Shown here in pieces: positions 27,163-36,360 of a DNA stretch of 64,000 nt (positions are counted from its first letter, which is position 1; each line of letters starts with the position of its first letter). The DNA is from Oligoflexia bacterium (lineage in GTDB: Bacteria > Bdellovibrionota > UBA1018). The translations under genes and the position numbers were made by a program. The notes under the pieces are model-generated. The model did not search any database. It worked only from the letters and a program-made list of their open reading frames with translations, and was not told the origin of the DNA. The stretch is taken from contig CAVWVI010000002.1 of NCBI GenBank assembly GCA_963758495.1, forward strand, positions 1-64,000, given 5' to 3'.

Positions 27163-27992
27163 GCGTGGATAAAACTACTCTTTCAGCAACTACTAATTCA
27201 GTGCCTACTTATTTGATATGCTATGGGATTAATATTCAATTATTTGAAATACTTGCTCAAATTGGAGAACGAGTAGGATTTAGCTGTTTGTTATGCAGTA
27301 CGCAAGAGGCAGTTCTCGATACATTAAGTAGAAATGACGCTCTTGCGGGTGTAGTTATTGGTGATCACGAAATATTTGCAACATTTTTAGAGTCCCAATT
27401 AAAGAGCCCATTGAATGTCAGATCAGTGGAAGATATTCCACAAGTATTGAAAAAATTTGATGAATATTTAACCAAAGGTTTACCTAAAAAACTTATTACG
27501 CTATCTGAAAATACTATTTTGCATAGTTCTAAACAGATTTTTAAAAATTATATGGGCTCTTGGGAACGTAGTTTAGATTTTAATTTGAGATTTTCGCATT
27601 GTTCTATGTGCGATAGTGTAGCTGCCGAAGTTTTTGCTAAAGCTTCATGCGAAATTAATGTGAAACGTATAAAATTGAATTTCCCTGAGTTCGCCGAGAA
27701 ACAAGATAAACAACTTATGGATATGTCTGGAGAATTATGTAACCAGATGCTTGGAATATTTAATGCTGCACTTAGAAAAATTGGAGTTCAATCTTTAATT
27801 TCTTTGCCGGTTGGGGTCCAAATGTCTGAGTCTAATAAGATATTTCAGAATGACTTTATGCGTCAGGTTAGATTAATAGACGCTACGCAATCTGTAGCAC
27901 TAGGGCTTCTTATTAAATTAGACCCGAGAGTCGAAATTAAGTGGGATCAGCTTTCGGATGATTTAGTTTTTGATGAGATTGATTTTCTTTAA
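27159..27992 (+). CDS. Protein with C-terminal CheX-like phosphatase domain
   Basis: GELCNQMLG...ISLP CheX-like motif; paralog of 28938-29750. Confidence 0.6.
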   Translation: MSVDKTTLSATTNSVPTYLICYGINIQLFEILAQIGERVGFSCLLCSTQEAVLDTLSRNDALAGVVIGDHEIFATFLESQLKSPLNVRSVEDIPQVLKKFDEYLTKGLPKKLITLSENTILHSSKQIFKNYMGSWERSLDFNLRFSHCSMCDSVAAEVFAKASCEINVKRIKLNFPEFAEKQDKQLMDMSGELCNQMLGIFNAALRKIGVQSLISLPVGVQMSESNKIFQNDFMRQVRLIDATQSVALGLLIKLDPRVEIKWDQLSDDLVFDEIDFL

Positions 27993-28028
27993 CGTTTATA
28001 AGGTGATGGTTGGTATAAAAATAGTACC

Positions 28029-28877
28029 ATGGGAAATATTTTAATAATTGAAGATGATCCGGACGTATTAAATGAGTATGCGAGAGCTCTCTCGTCTAAT
28101 GGGCATGGAATTTTAAAATCATTAGACGGTAGTGATGCATTATTTAAAATAAATAAGCAAAAATTTGATTTAATTATTACTGATTTGAAAATGCCAAGAG
28201 TCAATGGGAACAATTTGGTAGATCAGATTTTAGAAGTACAGTTGAATAAGGAATGTCCTATAATAATTTCCAGTGGCTATATCTCAGATATCTTGATTCA
28301 AAAATTTTCGAATAATAAAAGAATTAACTTTTTACCAAAGCCGGTAACACCAATTACTTTGATTGATACTGTCAAGCTCATTTTAGAAAAGGTAAATAAT
28401 AAGACAATTATTGATGTAAGATTTGTCAATCCCATTTTAGAGGCAGCAATTCAAATTTTTGATGAGCAAGCCTTAAAGGTAAAAAAAAAGGGAGCACCTT
28501 ACATAAAAAAGGTTTTAGAGCCAAGTGGAGATCTCTCTGCTTTGGTTGGGATGGTTGGTGCAGGCTTTAAAGGAAGCATTTCACTTTCCTTTGATGAGCC
28601 CAGTTATCTAAAAATTTTGTATAAAGCTTTTAAGGTGCATGCAAGTGTGATCGAATTTGAAAATTCAGATGGAATTGTCGAACTTTTGAAAACTATATTT
28701 GAGCGAGCAAAAATTATTTTAGATCGAAAGAACCTACATGTAGAATTAACCTCGCCATCGATTGTAAATGGAAAAATGCACAAAATTAATCATAGTTCTG
28801 AATTACCCGTGGTCGTTTTAATTTTTGAATTTGATAGATTATATAACTTTAGAATAGAAATATGCTCTCATGGTTAA
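28029..28877 (+). CDS. Receiver domain fused to a CheX-like domain
   Basis: IIEDD/ITDLKMP/LPKP receiver; DVRFVNPIL...SGDLSALVG...KGSISLSF CheX fold. Confidence 0.8.
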   Translation: MGNILIIEDDPDVLNEYARALSSNGHGILKSLDGSDALFKINKQKFDLIITDLKMPRVNGNNLVDQILEVQLNKECPIIISSGYISDILIQKFSNNKRINFLPKPVTPITLIDTVKLILEKVNNKTIIDVRFVNPILEAAIQIFDEQALKVKKKGAPYIKKVLEPSGDLSALVGMVGAGFKGSISLSFDEPSYLKILYKAFKVHASVIEFENSDGIVELLKTIFERAKIILDRKNLHVELTSPSIVNGKMHKINHSSELPVVVLIFEFDRLYNFRIEICSHG

Positions 28878-28937
28878 AGTATTTCGACGAGTACAAATGA
28901 AGTTACTTTTATGTATTGAAATAGTTTGGAGAATGAT

Positions 28938-29750
28938 ATGGCAAGTTTGACATTACCTATTAAAGCACGCCTTTTATTACTAGGGAGTCATATCGCGTTA
29001 GAAACGCAGTTAGAAAAAATGAGCCGTCGAATGGGGTTCGCTTATACTATAACGAATTCGCTCGAGGAGCTTACGATGGCTCTGAGTAAGGTAAAAATGC
29101 TTGTTGGTGTTGTGATTTGTTCACAAAAGACTTTAGCTCTTACGTTGCCAAACGGAGCAAAGAGGGCAATCTATATAAAACCTTCCGATTCGATTGATAT
29201 TGTCCTGGAGAAATTTGATGCATTTTTTTCCAGCGATTATCCAAAGAACTTAATTAATTTGTTCGAAAATACAGCAAATAGAATTACCTCAATTATGTTT
29301 GGAAAGGAGTTTGGAGTTTTAAAACGAAATTTAGATTTTACTATGAAAGCTACAAATCTAATTACTTGTGATAGCAGTGCTGATGGTTTATCTGTTAAGA
29401 TTTCGTGCGAAATTGATCTTTTGAGGTTTAGGCAAGTTTATCCTAAGTTTGCAAAGAATTCAGACAATCGCCTCGTAGATACCTGTTCTGAAATATGTAA
29501 TCAATTATTAGGGGTAATTAACGCGGGAATACGTCCAACTGGTTTAAACCCACTCATTTCATTACCCATTGGAGTAGAGCTGAATAAGGATAGTCAAGTG
29601 GTCCAGGTGGATTTTATGCCATTAACGCAATTTATCGACTCATATAAGACAATTGTGATCAGTATGGGGACCAAAATAGATGTAGCATGTCCTGCTCAAT
29701 GGGCTAATTTATTGATAGACCCTGAAACAGGATCGACCGAATTTCTTTAA
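28938..29750 (+). CDS. Protein with C-terminal CheX-like domain (paralog of 27159-27992)
   Basis: SEICNQLLG...LISLP; similar to its paralog along the whole length. Confidence 0.6.
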   Translation: MASLTLPIKARLLLLGSHIALETQLEKMSRRMGFAYTITNSLEELTMALSKVKMLVGVVICSQKTLALTLPNGAKRAIYIKPSDSIDIVLEKFDAFFSSDYPKNLINLFENTANRITSIMFGKEFGVLKRNLDFTMKATNLITCDSSADGLSVKISCEIDLLRFRQVYPKFAKNSDNRLVDTCSEICNQLLGVINAGIRPTGLNPLISLPIGVELNKDSQVVQVDFMPLTQFIDSYKTIVISMGTKIDVACPAQWANLLIDPETGSTEFL

Positions 29751-29834
29751 ATAATAGATCTAATTATTGTCCGATTCTTGCAAGAATTCCTTAGAATTTA
29801 GTTTGAATAATTTAAGGAAGCGGCGAAGTGAGTT

Positions 29835-30716
29835 ATGATTGTCATTTCTAATGCATATGAATCACTTGGTTGGGCTCTCAGTCAGAATTGGACTCAGTAT
29901 CAGTCCTATTTGTTATCCTGTTGCAAAAAAACTAAAACTAGTGCTGTTCATCAACTCAGAATTACTCTTAGGAGATTTTTAGCAATATTAGATATTGCAG
30001 AGGAACTTCATTTTACTAAGCAGTTATTTAAATTAAGAAAGTGCTTAAAAAGCGAACTCGACACATTACGTAATTTAAGGGACTATCAAGGGCAGGAAAA
30101 GTCCTTATTAAATGATGCAGTCAATCTGGGTAAAATTCATGATTTTCTCTGTGAACTTAAAAGAAAGCGAAAGCATGAGGAGAAGCGAGTTAAAAAATAC
30201 TTAAACAGTGAAGGTATAATAAAACAGGGATTGATAATACAGGGTTTAGGTGAAATGTTATTAGAGCAATCTACGAACCCCATCTTAGGAAAGCAAGCTC
30301 AACACACTTTTGAGCGGTTATTGGTTAGACATTTTAAACAACTTGAGAGCCGTGCGCATCTCGCTGATGCCTCGGATCCGATAAGTTTTCATCAAATTCG
30401 TATTGAGTTTAAAAAATTTAGGTATACTTGGGATGCTATGGCCACCCTTTATCCTATTCCTAACGATACATTAGCCAAACTTAAAGAATTTCAGAAGCTT
30501 TTAGGGGGTATTCAGGACTCTGCAGTATTGCTTCAGCTACTTTACGAATATCTTGTTGATTGTAAAAAAGTACACCTTGATCTTGAATTTTTTCAATTTC
30601 TTCGTGTAACTGAAAGGAAACAAGATGAGCTAATTTCACAGTTTTTTTCCAGGCGGGACGAATTTCTTAATGAAATTCGTCCGGGGTTCTTAATGACTGA
30701 TTTAAAAGTGGCATAG
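29835..30716 (+). CDS. CHAD-domain protein (polyphosphate-binding)
   Basis: VHQLRITLRR, LRD, HQIRIEFKKFRY and LLGGIQD motifs. Confidence 0.85.
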   Translation: MIVISNAYESLGWALSQNWTQYQSYLLSCCKKTKTSAVHQLRITLRRFLAILDIAEELHFTKQLFKLRKCLKSELDTLRNLRDYQGQEKSLLNDAVNLGKIHDFLCELKRKRKHEEKRVKKYLNSEGIIKQGLIIQGLGEMLLEQSTNPILGKQAQHTFERLLVRHFKQLESRAHLADASDPISFHQIRIEFKKFRYTWDAMATLYPIPNDTLAKLKEFQKLLGGIQDSAVLLQLLYEYLVDCKKVHLDLEFFQFLRVTERKQDELISQFFSRRDEFLNEIRPGFLMTDLKVA

Positions 30717-30793
30717 GTTACTAATAGATTTCTAGTCGGTAAAATAGTTTAAATGACAATGCAATTGCTCAATGTTATTCCTAGTTATTCCTA

Positions 30794-31153
30794 TTAAATT
30801 ATTTTTACATTTCCATGATGATCACAGTGATCTCCATGGAAATGATGAAGATGACCTTCTACAAGATAATCTACGTGGTCACTATGAGGGATGGCTTCAT
30901 GGCCGCACTGGTTACCGTGTTTGTGGTTATTTTGATGCCCTTCGCAAGTATGTTGAGGTGTGCAATGGGTTGGGTTATTTGAGGTTACTTCAATCCTATG
31001 TTCATCTACCTGGCCATTATTCATATTGTGAAGATGTCCGTCATGCAGATAATCTGTATGACCGTTGTGTTGAATTTTCTGATGTCCACAACTGGAGGAG
31101 TGGATGTGAGAGTGTACATTATGAGTGCTATTGTTTTGTTTTGCTGTGGTCAT
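30794..31153 (-). CDS. His-rich small metal-binding protein with an internal duplication
   Basis: 26 His and 5 Cys in 119 aa; two CGH..I.H..H.DYL..GHLH units; AAGGAG SD. Confidence 0.8.
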   Translation of the reverse strand: MTTAKQNNSTHNVHSHIHSSSCGHQKIQHNGHTDYLHDGHLHNMNNGQVDEHRIEVTSNNPTHCTPQHTCEGHQNNHKHGNQCGHEAIPHSDHVDYLVEGHLHHFHGDHCDHHGNVKII

Positions 31154-31233
31154 AATAAATCTCCTTATATTAGAAAATAACTCCTAAAATATTTGTAAAA
31201 ATATCAGTATTAATGGGGAAATACAACTGAATT

Positions 31234-31334
31234 GTAAGTACTGCAAGGAGTCCTGTTGCATCGGGAATCTAAATCTTTACGACGCAACAGGACTCCTTGC
31301 AGTACATGTCAATAGCCCTAAAGGAACTACTTAC
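31234..31334 (+). repeat. 101-bp palindromic dispersed element (REP/MITE-like), full copy
   Basis: Perfect 22-bp stem 31238-31305; terminal GTAAGTA/TACTTAC inverted ends. Confidence 0.85.
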
Positions 31335-31575
31335 AGTTGTAAGAGGATTATTTTGTGATTAATAGTAAGTGACACAGCACATAAAGATAAAGTAACCTAG
31401 CATTACTTAAATGCTAATTGTTATTGCTAAATGAATTTGAAGATAGCAATTCCAATAAATTTGTTTCATTTTAGAAAAGTCTGAAAAATTACATTAAATA
31501 AGCTAGACGGATTAAGAAATCGACACCTTATGAGCTTATCTACAGATATTTTAAGAAAGACCTTAAGAACTGGAG

Positions 31576-32715
31576 ATGAAAATGAAAAGTCTTAGAGAAA
31601 TAAATAAAATGACGGTTTTTGAGCCAGAAATATGTAGTTTACTTGTAAAAGACATGACTGAGGGTGTTTGTTTAATTAGGTGCTCAGATTTAAAGATTAT
31701 AAGTGCAAATTCTGCATTTGAACAAATGTTTGGATATTTGTCTGGGGAGTTCAACGAAAAGCATATCTCTATTTTAAATGGTTCTCATTCAAAATTGGCA
31801 GAAGAAATTATCGCTCAGTTAAAAAGTCAGGTAAATTCTAGTTTTGAAATTAAAATTATCAAAAATGATCAATCTACATTTTTCTGTTTGATGAGGTCAT
31901 ATATTTATAAACATTCTAAATTAGGAAATATATGGGTTGCACTCTTTGATAATATTACAGCAAGAAAGAAATCTGAGGCCGTTGCTTCTGAAGAAGAAAA
32001 AAAGATGTTATCTATGGCTCAAATGTCGGCATTAGGTAAGATGGTGTCTGGGCTTTGTCATGAGGTGAACACACCACTAGGTGTGATTCAATTAAACATA
32101 GATGAAATGAAAGATAAAGTCATAAAGACGGGTTCTATAGGGCCCGCTGACATGTGGGCTTATTCTGATTTAATTGAATCTATGTTGAATAGAGTAGTTG
32201 ATATTATTAACAATCTCAGATTGTTTTCTAGAGATGCTAAAGATTTAACGACAAAGCCGATAAGAGTTAAAAATGTCATTGAAAATACCTTAAAATTTTG
32301 TAGTGAGAAATTCAAAAATCATGACGTCGATCTTCAAATTATTAAAATATCAGAAGATATTGTCGCAAATTGTAATTCGGTTGAACTTTCTGAAGTTATT
32401 TTGAATCTTCTGCAAAATGCTTATGAAGCGATTGAAGATCTACCTCAAAAATGGATTAATATTGAAGTAAAAGAGAAACATAAATATTTTGAATTTTTAA
32501 TCACAGATAGTGGAACTGGAGTAGATTCCAGAGTGAAAGAGAAGCTGTTTGAGCCGTTTATAAGTACAAAGTCATCTCAAAAGAATCCAGGTCTCGGGTT
32601 GAGCATTTCTAAGAAAATAGTGGAGAACTATCAAGGGAGATTATGGGTTGATTTAGATTGTCCCAATACAAGATTTATTTTTAGTCTGCCAAAGTGTGAG
32701 AATCCTAAAATATGA
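31576..32715 (+). CDS. PAS-domain sensor histidine kinase
   Basis: PAS (ANSAFEQMFGY); H-box LCHEVNTPL; N-box NLLQNA; DSGTG, FEPF and GLGLSI motifs. Confidence 0.9.
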   Translation: MKMKSLREINKMTVFEPEICSLLVKDMTEGVCLIRCSDLKIISANSAFEQMFGYLSGEFNEKHISILNGSHSKLAEEIIAQLKSQVNSSFEIKIIKNDQSTFFCLMRSYIYKHSKLGNIWVALFDNITARKKSEAVASEEEKKMLSMAQMSALGKMVSGLCHEVNTPLGVIQLNIDEMKDKVIKTGSIGPADMWAYSDLIESMLNRVVDIINNLRLFSRDAKDLTTKPIRVKNVIENTLKFCSEKFKNHDVDLQIIKISEDIVANCNSVELSEVILNLLQNAYEAIEDLPQKWINIEVKEKHKYFEFLITDSGTGVDSRVKEKLFEPFISTKSSQKNPGLGLSISKKIVENYQGRLWVDLDCPNTRFIFSLPKCENPKI

Positions 32716-33212
32716 TAAACGACAAAATGTACAGAGATACTGAGAATAAGTTAATTATTATCATAAGGCACGCTCATCGTAGTAAAAAAGTCGGACCAGA
32801 TGAAGACAATGGTTTGAGTAAAAAAGGATTCGTACAGGCAAAGCAAATTCAAAATCATTTTAATAGAGTATTCGGAAAAGAGGTTCCCGTCATTATTTCT
32901 AGTCCTAAAAGACGCTGTATTGAGACTGTTGAGAGAATTGCAATTGAGAGAGGTAGCGAAGTTATTTGCTCTTCGCAACTAGATGAAGGTGGAGATCTTA
33001 AAAAGAAAACAAATTTATTTATAAAACAATTGAGTAATATGAAAGCACCCCTGGTCGTAGCTTGTTCTCACGGTGACATTATTCCAATATTGATCAAAGG
33101 GCTTATTGGTGTGGAACTTATTTTAGACAAGGGTGCATGGGCTCAATTCGAATATGAAGAAGATGATTTTAATTTAAGATGGATTTTTCAGAATTTTAAT
33201 TTTTATAAATAA
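32712..33212 (+). CDS. SixA-like histidine phosphatase
   Basis: IIRHA, SSPKRRCIET and CSHG motifs. Confidence 0.8.
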   Translation: MINDKMYRDTENKLIIIIRHAHRSKKVGPDEDNGLSKKGFVQAKQIQNHFNRVFGKEVPVIISSPKRRCIETVERIAIERGSEVICSSQLDEGGDLKKKTNLFIKQLSNMKAPLVVACSHGDIIPILIKGLIGVELILDKGAWAQFEYEEDDFNLRWIFQNFNFYK

Positions 33213-33229
33213 TAAATCCTGCGTGCATA

Positions 33230-33330
33230 GTAGGCACCGTAAGGAGTTCTGCTGCGCCGGGAGTTTAAATATTTACGACGCAACAGGGCTCCTTACAGTG
33301 CTTGTCGACAGCCCTAAAGGAACTGCTTAC
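33230..33330 (+). repeat. 101-bp palindromic dispersed element, full copy
   Basis: Colinear with the 31234 copy; ends GTAGGCA/TGCTTAC. Confidence 0.85.
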
Positions 33331-33391
33331 CTTCGATTGAAAGTATGTACCCTTATTTGAAATTAATTTATTACTATAATATTATATGTAA

Positions 33392-33826
33392 TTAAAGTTT
33401 GTGAACATAACAAAGTCCAGAGAGCCTTCCCATTGAGATGTCAAGTTCTGAAGTATAGGCACCTGGCGTCGTAAGTTGTCCTTGTGGAAATATCTCAAGC
33501 CCCGGTGTTGCATCGTCTAATGGAGAAAGACGATCAAGAGTTGTTTCTGTTTGAATCCTAGCTTTACGATCAAAGAAAGTATCTCGGTCGCACCCGACAC
33601 TTAAGTGCACGTTATCCAGTTGATGGTTATTGTTCCGATAAAATGCAGTTGCATAGCAAAACTTGAGGCTTGAATGATGTTCAATATTATGAAATCGGCA
33701 GTCTAATTCATAAAAATTTTTATACTTTGAATTACTCCATCCATCATTTGTAGTGTTGTCATTTGCAAATACCATTCCATTCATGAGCATGAGTGATGTT
33801 AGTCCGGTAAAAAGTATCTTAAACAT
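33392..33826 (-). CDS. Secreted Cys-containing hypothetical protein (paralog 1 of 3)
   Basis: Signal peptide; DCRF...C...VGC...G.Y...GLC pattern. Confidence 0.7.
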   Translation of the reverse strand: MFKILFTGLTSLMLMNGMVFANDNTTNDGWSNSKYKNFYELDCRFHNIEHHSSLKFCYATAFYRNNNHQLDNVHLSVGCDRDTFFDRKARIQTETTLDRLSPLDDATPGLEIFPQGQLTTPGAYTSELDISMGRLSGLCYVHKL

Positions 33827-33877
33827 ATTTAATATTCCCCCGTTATAATCTATATTGTTGTTCTACTGGATAAAGAT

Positions 33878-34360
33878 CTAAAGGAAACCGTAAGGTTCTT
33901 CTTCAGTAATTTCGCTGACACTACAAAGGCCATTATTCAGTGTTTGGGATGCGAGTTGTAATTGCGCTGGATAAGTGCCAGGAGTTTGCAAAGTGCCCTG
34001 CGGGGATAGTCTAATTGCCGGGGACATGGCAGTTTTTGGTCGAATGGTGTCCGACGCCAAATCTTGAGGTTCGGAAGTACCAGTGCAGCTATCATAGAGA
34101 GTCTCATTGTCGCATCCAACGCCATAGGAAATATTAGTAATGTATTTCCCGTGTAATTCGTATTTTGCACTAGCATAACAAAAAAATGGCATTTTTTCCT
34201 GTTCATGATGAGCTTCTTCGTGACGACCTTCTTCACGCTTTTCCTCTCCGTAGAAACGGCAGTCCACTCTCAAGCGAGAAATTTTATTTTCTTCAGAGTG
34301 AGCTGCTTTTACGCTGAAAAAGGATAATGCAATCATACTTGTTATTAAAAAGTTATACAT
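33878..34360 (-). CDS. Secreted Cys-containing hypothetical protein (paralog 2 of 3)
   Basis: Signal peptide; same Cys pattern; Glu/His-rich loop. Confidence 0.7.
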   Translation of the reverse strand: MYNFLITSMIALSFFSVKAAHSEENKISRLRVDCRFYGEEKREEGRHEEAHHEQEKMPFFCYASAKYELHGKYITNISYGVGCDNETLYDSCTGTSEPQDLASDTIRPKTAMSPAIRLSPQGTLQTPGTYPAQLQLASQTLNNGLCSVSEITEEEPYGFL

Positions 34361-34479
34361 ACACTATAATCTCCTTGTGTAAAAAAATTATTGCTCTCCC
34401 AGCGTTAAACTGGAGCAGCAAGGGCCAGAAGGTATGCAAAACCTATGCAGATTAAAATAGTGATAAATACTTATAAATA

Positions 34480-34517
34480 AAAAGAGGACAATCCAATGTG
34501 ATGGATTATCCTCTTTT
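34480..34517. terminator. Intrinsic terminator-like hairpin
   Basis: AAAAGAGGA-C-AATCCA...TGGATT-A-TCCTCTTTT. Confidence 0.5.
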
Positions 34518-34589
34518 GTTTTGTAAATAGGATAGTCTTGTTTTGATCAGGACTTATTGATTCAATAATGAATAGAGTGAAATCTTAAA

Positions 34590-35078
34590 TTAATGGCGAC
34601 ATTCTACTTCTGTTACATCACAGGTGCCTGATATTTGTCCTTTATCTAAATCAAGGTAGGATTTTCCATAAGTTCCTTCTTTAAGTAATGCGCCTTCTAC
34701 AAGAATGCGAGTTTCTGGTACATTGGCAGTTACAGGGCGGACATGATCTTCCCCTAAAATAGTGGGATCATTGGTAGAAAAACCAACTGCAGCATTAGCG
34801 TATTTTACATCGTTATTGCAGATAACAGTATACTTGATGTCTTTCAATTGTACTTCTCGGCAATGGTCACCACAACCTAGCGTATCATTAGTGTTTTCTT
34901 CTTGGTGATGACGAGGAGCCTCGTACTGAGCATGGCTGCGGCAGTGGACCTCTTCATGTTCGATTGTTCCGTTAAATCTGCAATCTAAACGGAATGCTTT
35001 TTCATGGTCCGCATTAGCTGAGGCAGATAGAGATATAAATAATGAGAGAGAAAGGGTAATTAATGCGAGTTTTTTCAT
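34590..35078 (-). CDS. Secreted Cys-containing hypothetical protein (paralog 3 of 3)
   Basis: Signal peptide; same Cys pattern plus an extra His/Cys loop. Confidence 0.7.
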   Translation of the reverse strand: MKKLALITLSLSLFISLSASANADHEKAFRLDCRFNGTIEHEEVHCRSHAQYEAPRHHQEENTNDTLGCGDHCREVQLKDIKYTVICNNDVKYANAAVGFSTNDPTILGEDHVRPVTANVPETRILVEGALLKEGTYGKSYLDLDKGQISGTCDVTEVECRH

Positions 35079-35218
35079 TTAAAGCTCCTTATGTGGTTCT
35101 TAATAGAATAGTTTGAATATCTAGCGTACGACTAAATACTTTTGCAAAAGATGTGCGAATGCCTTATAGGGCATTCAATATTGAGAGAGTCTAATGTTTC
35201 AGTCATGACTCGAATTAA

Positions 35219-36145
35219 TTAAAAAAGTTCTGGAACTGATGGGGGGTGACATACACCAGCCTGACAAATAGGAGAAGGCTGGGTAGGTTGTAAATGCGAG
35301 AATCCTCCGCAGTTGAGCGTGGTATTTATGTGTTTACATGCAGTGAGTGCATTTTTTTGATGCTCGAATAACTCAATTTGATTTGCTGCAGTTAGGTTTT
35401 CGTTTGCAACTATGAGTGGTTTTACCATTGAGCAATCATTGGCTGTAATAAATGTTGCAGCGTCTCTAGGTACCGATTCAAACGCTTTTTCCACGTAAAT
35501 GCAATCAGGATCTACTTTGCATTCTCGAACTCTCTGATATAGTTTTTCCAGTATGATTAGCGCGTCTGTGCACGAGTCTTGCGGAAAGGGTAGGGGATAA
35601 TGTTGGGTTGCAAGTTCCTTTAAGTGGGAATAAAGGGGTTTTGCTTTATCAATTAAAGAATCATTGTAGCAAAATTTTGAATCCATTGCTTGAATGATCT
35701 CAAGATCCCTATCTTTTTGGTGGAGAGTGACACTATCTGTAGTTTGGGTTGGGATAGGAGAGGTGCAAATAAGGGATGCGTTGTCATAGGCTAAGGCATT
35801 GTGATCAAATAATTGGAGTTGTTCAATGGTCTTAAATTCTTCAACAGTGAGACTTCCCGACAAGGTTTGTTTTTGAGGGCCAGGACCTATGAGATACCTA
35901 CCATTTGCATTCACGGAAAAGTCATAAGCAGCAACGCACTCTTCAACTGCTCCAGTTGAGCAAGTTGAATGAAGTGTTATAGACCAATTGGATTCTTGCT
36001 GAGATTGAGGTTGAGATTGGGGTTGGGGTTGAGATTCAACTGGAAGAGGCGAATTGATACTCATAGGGCCAGGTGATTGAGAAATACAATTGCTTAAAAG
36101 AAGAGTCATGCAGATAATAATCAATCTAATTTTAACTGGCATCAT
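35219..36145 (-). CDS. Cys-rich putative lipoprotein
   Basis: LLLSNC lipobox-like site, Q/P/S linker and many Cys; AGGAG SD. Confidence 0.65.
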   Translation of the reverse strand: MMPVKIRLIIICMTLLLSNCISQSPGPMSINSPLPVESQPQPQSQPQSQQESNWSITLHSTCSTGAVEECVAAYDFSVNANGRYLIGPGPQKQTLSGSLTVEEFKTIEQLQLFDHNALAYDNASLICTSPIPTQTTDSVTLHQKDRDLEIIQAMDSKFCYNDSLIDKAKPLYSHLKELATQHYPLPFPQDSCTDALIILEKLYQRVRECKVDPDCIYVEKAFESVPRDAATFITANDCSMVKPLIVANENLTAANQIELFEHQKNALTACKHINTTLNCGGFSHLQPTQPSPICQAGVCHPPSVPELF

Positions 36146-36284
36146 AGGATTGCTCCTTGAACAAGGGGACATCGGTTGCTAATGCTCTGCCTCTAGTGCT
36201 TTATGTCGTATCAGCAGGGGTCATGTTAGGTGCAAAGTTCGTGCAATCGCGGAGTGGCAAAAGTTTAAATATGAATAAATAAAA

Positions 36285-36355
36285 ATAAGCACTGTAAGGA
36301 GTCCTGTTGCGCCTGGAATCTCAATCGTTACGGCGCAACAGGACTTCTTACATGC
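36285..36355 (+). repeat. Dispersed palindromic element, hairpin-only copy
   Basis: GCACTGTAAGGAGTCCTGTTGCGCC...GGCGCAACAGGACTTCTTACA. Confidence 0.8.
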
Positions 36356-36360
36356 AAATG

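Noticed and set aside
30772..31155. 127-aa plus-strand ORF
   Set aside because: Antisense shadow of the His-rich gene, which has an SD and a coherent repeat structure
31234..31334. IS66-derived MITE assignment based on GTAAG ends
   Set aside because: No 8-bp target duplication and no transposase; the family cannot be assigned from this window
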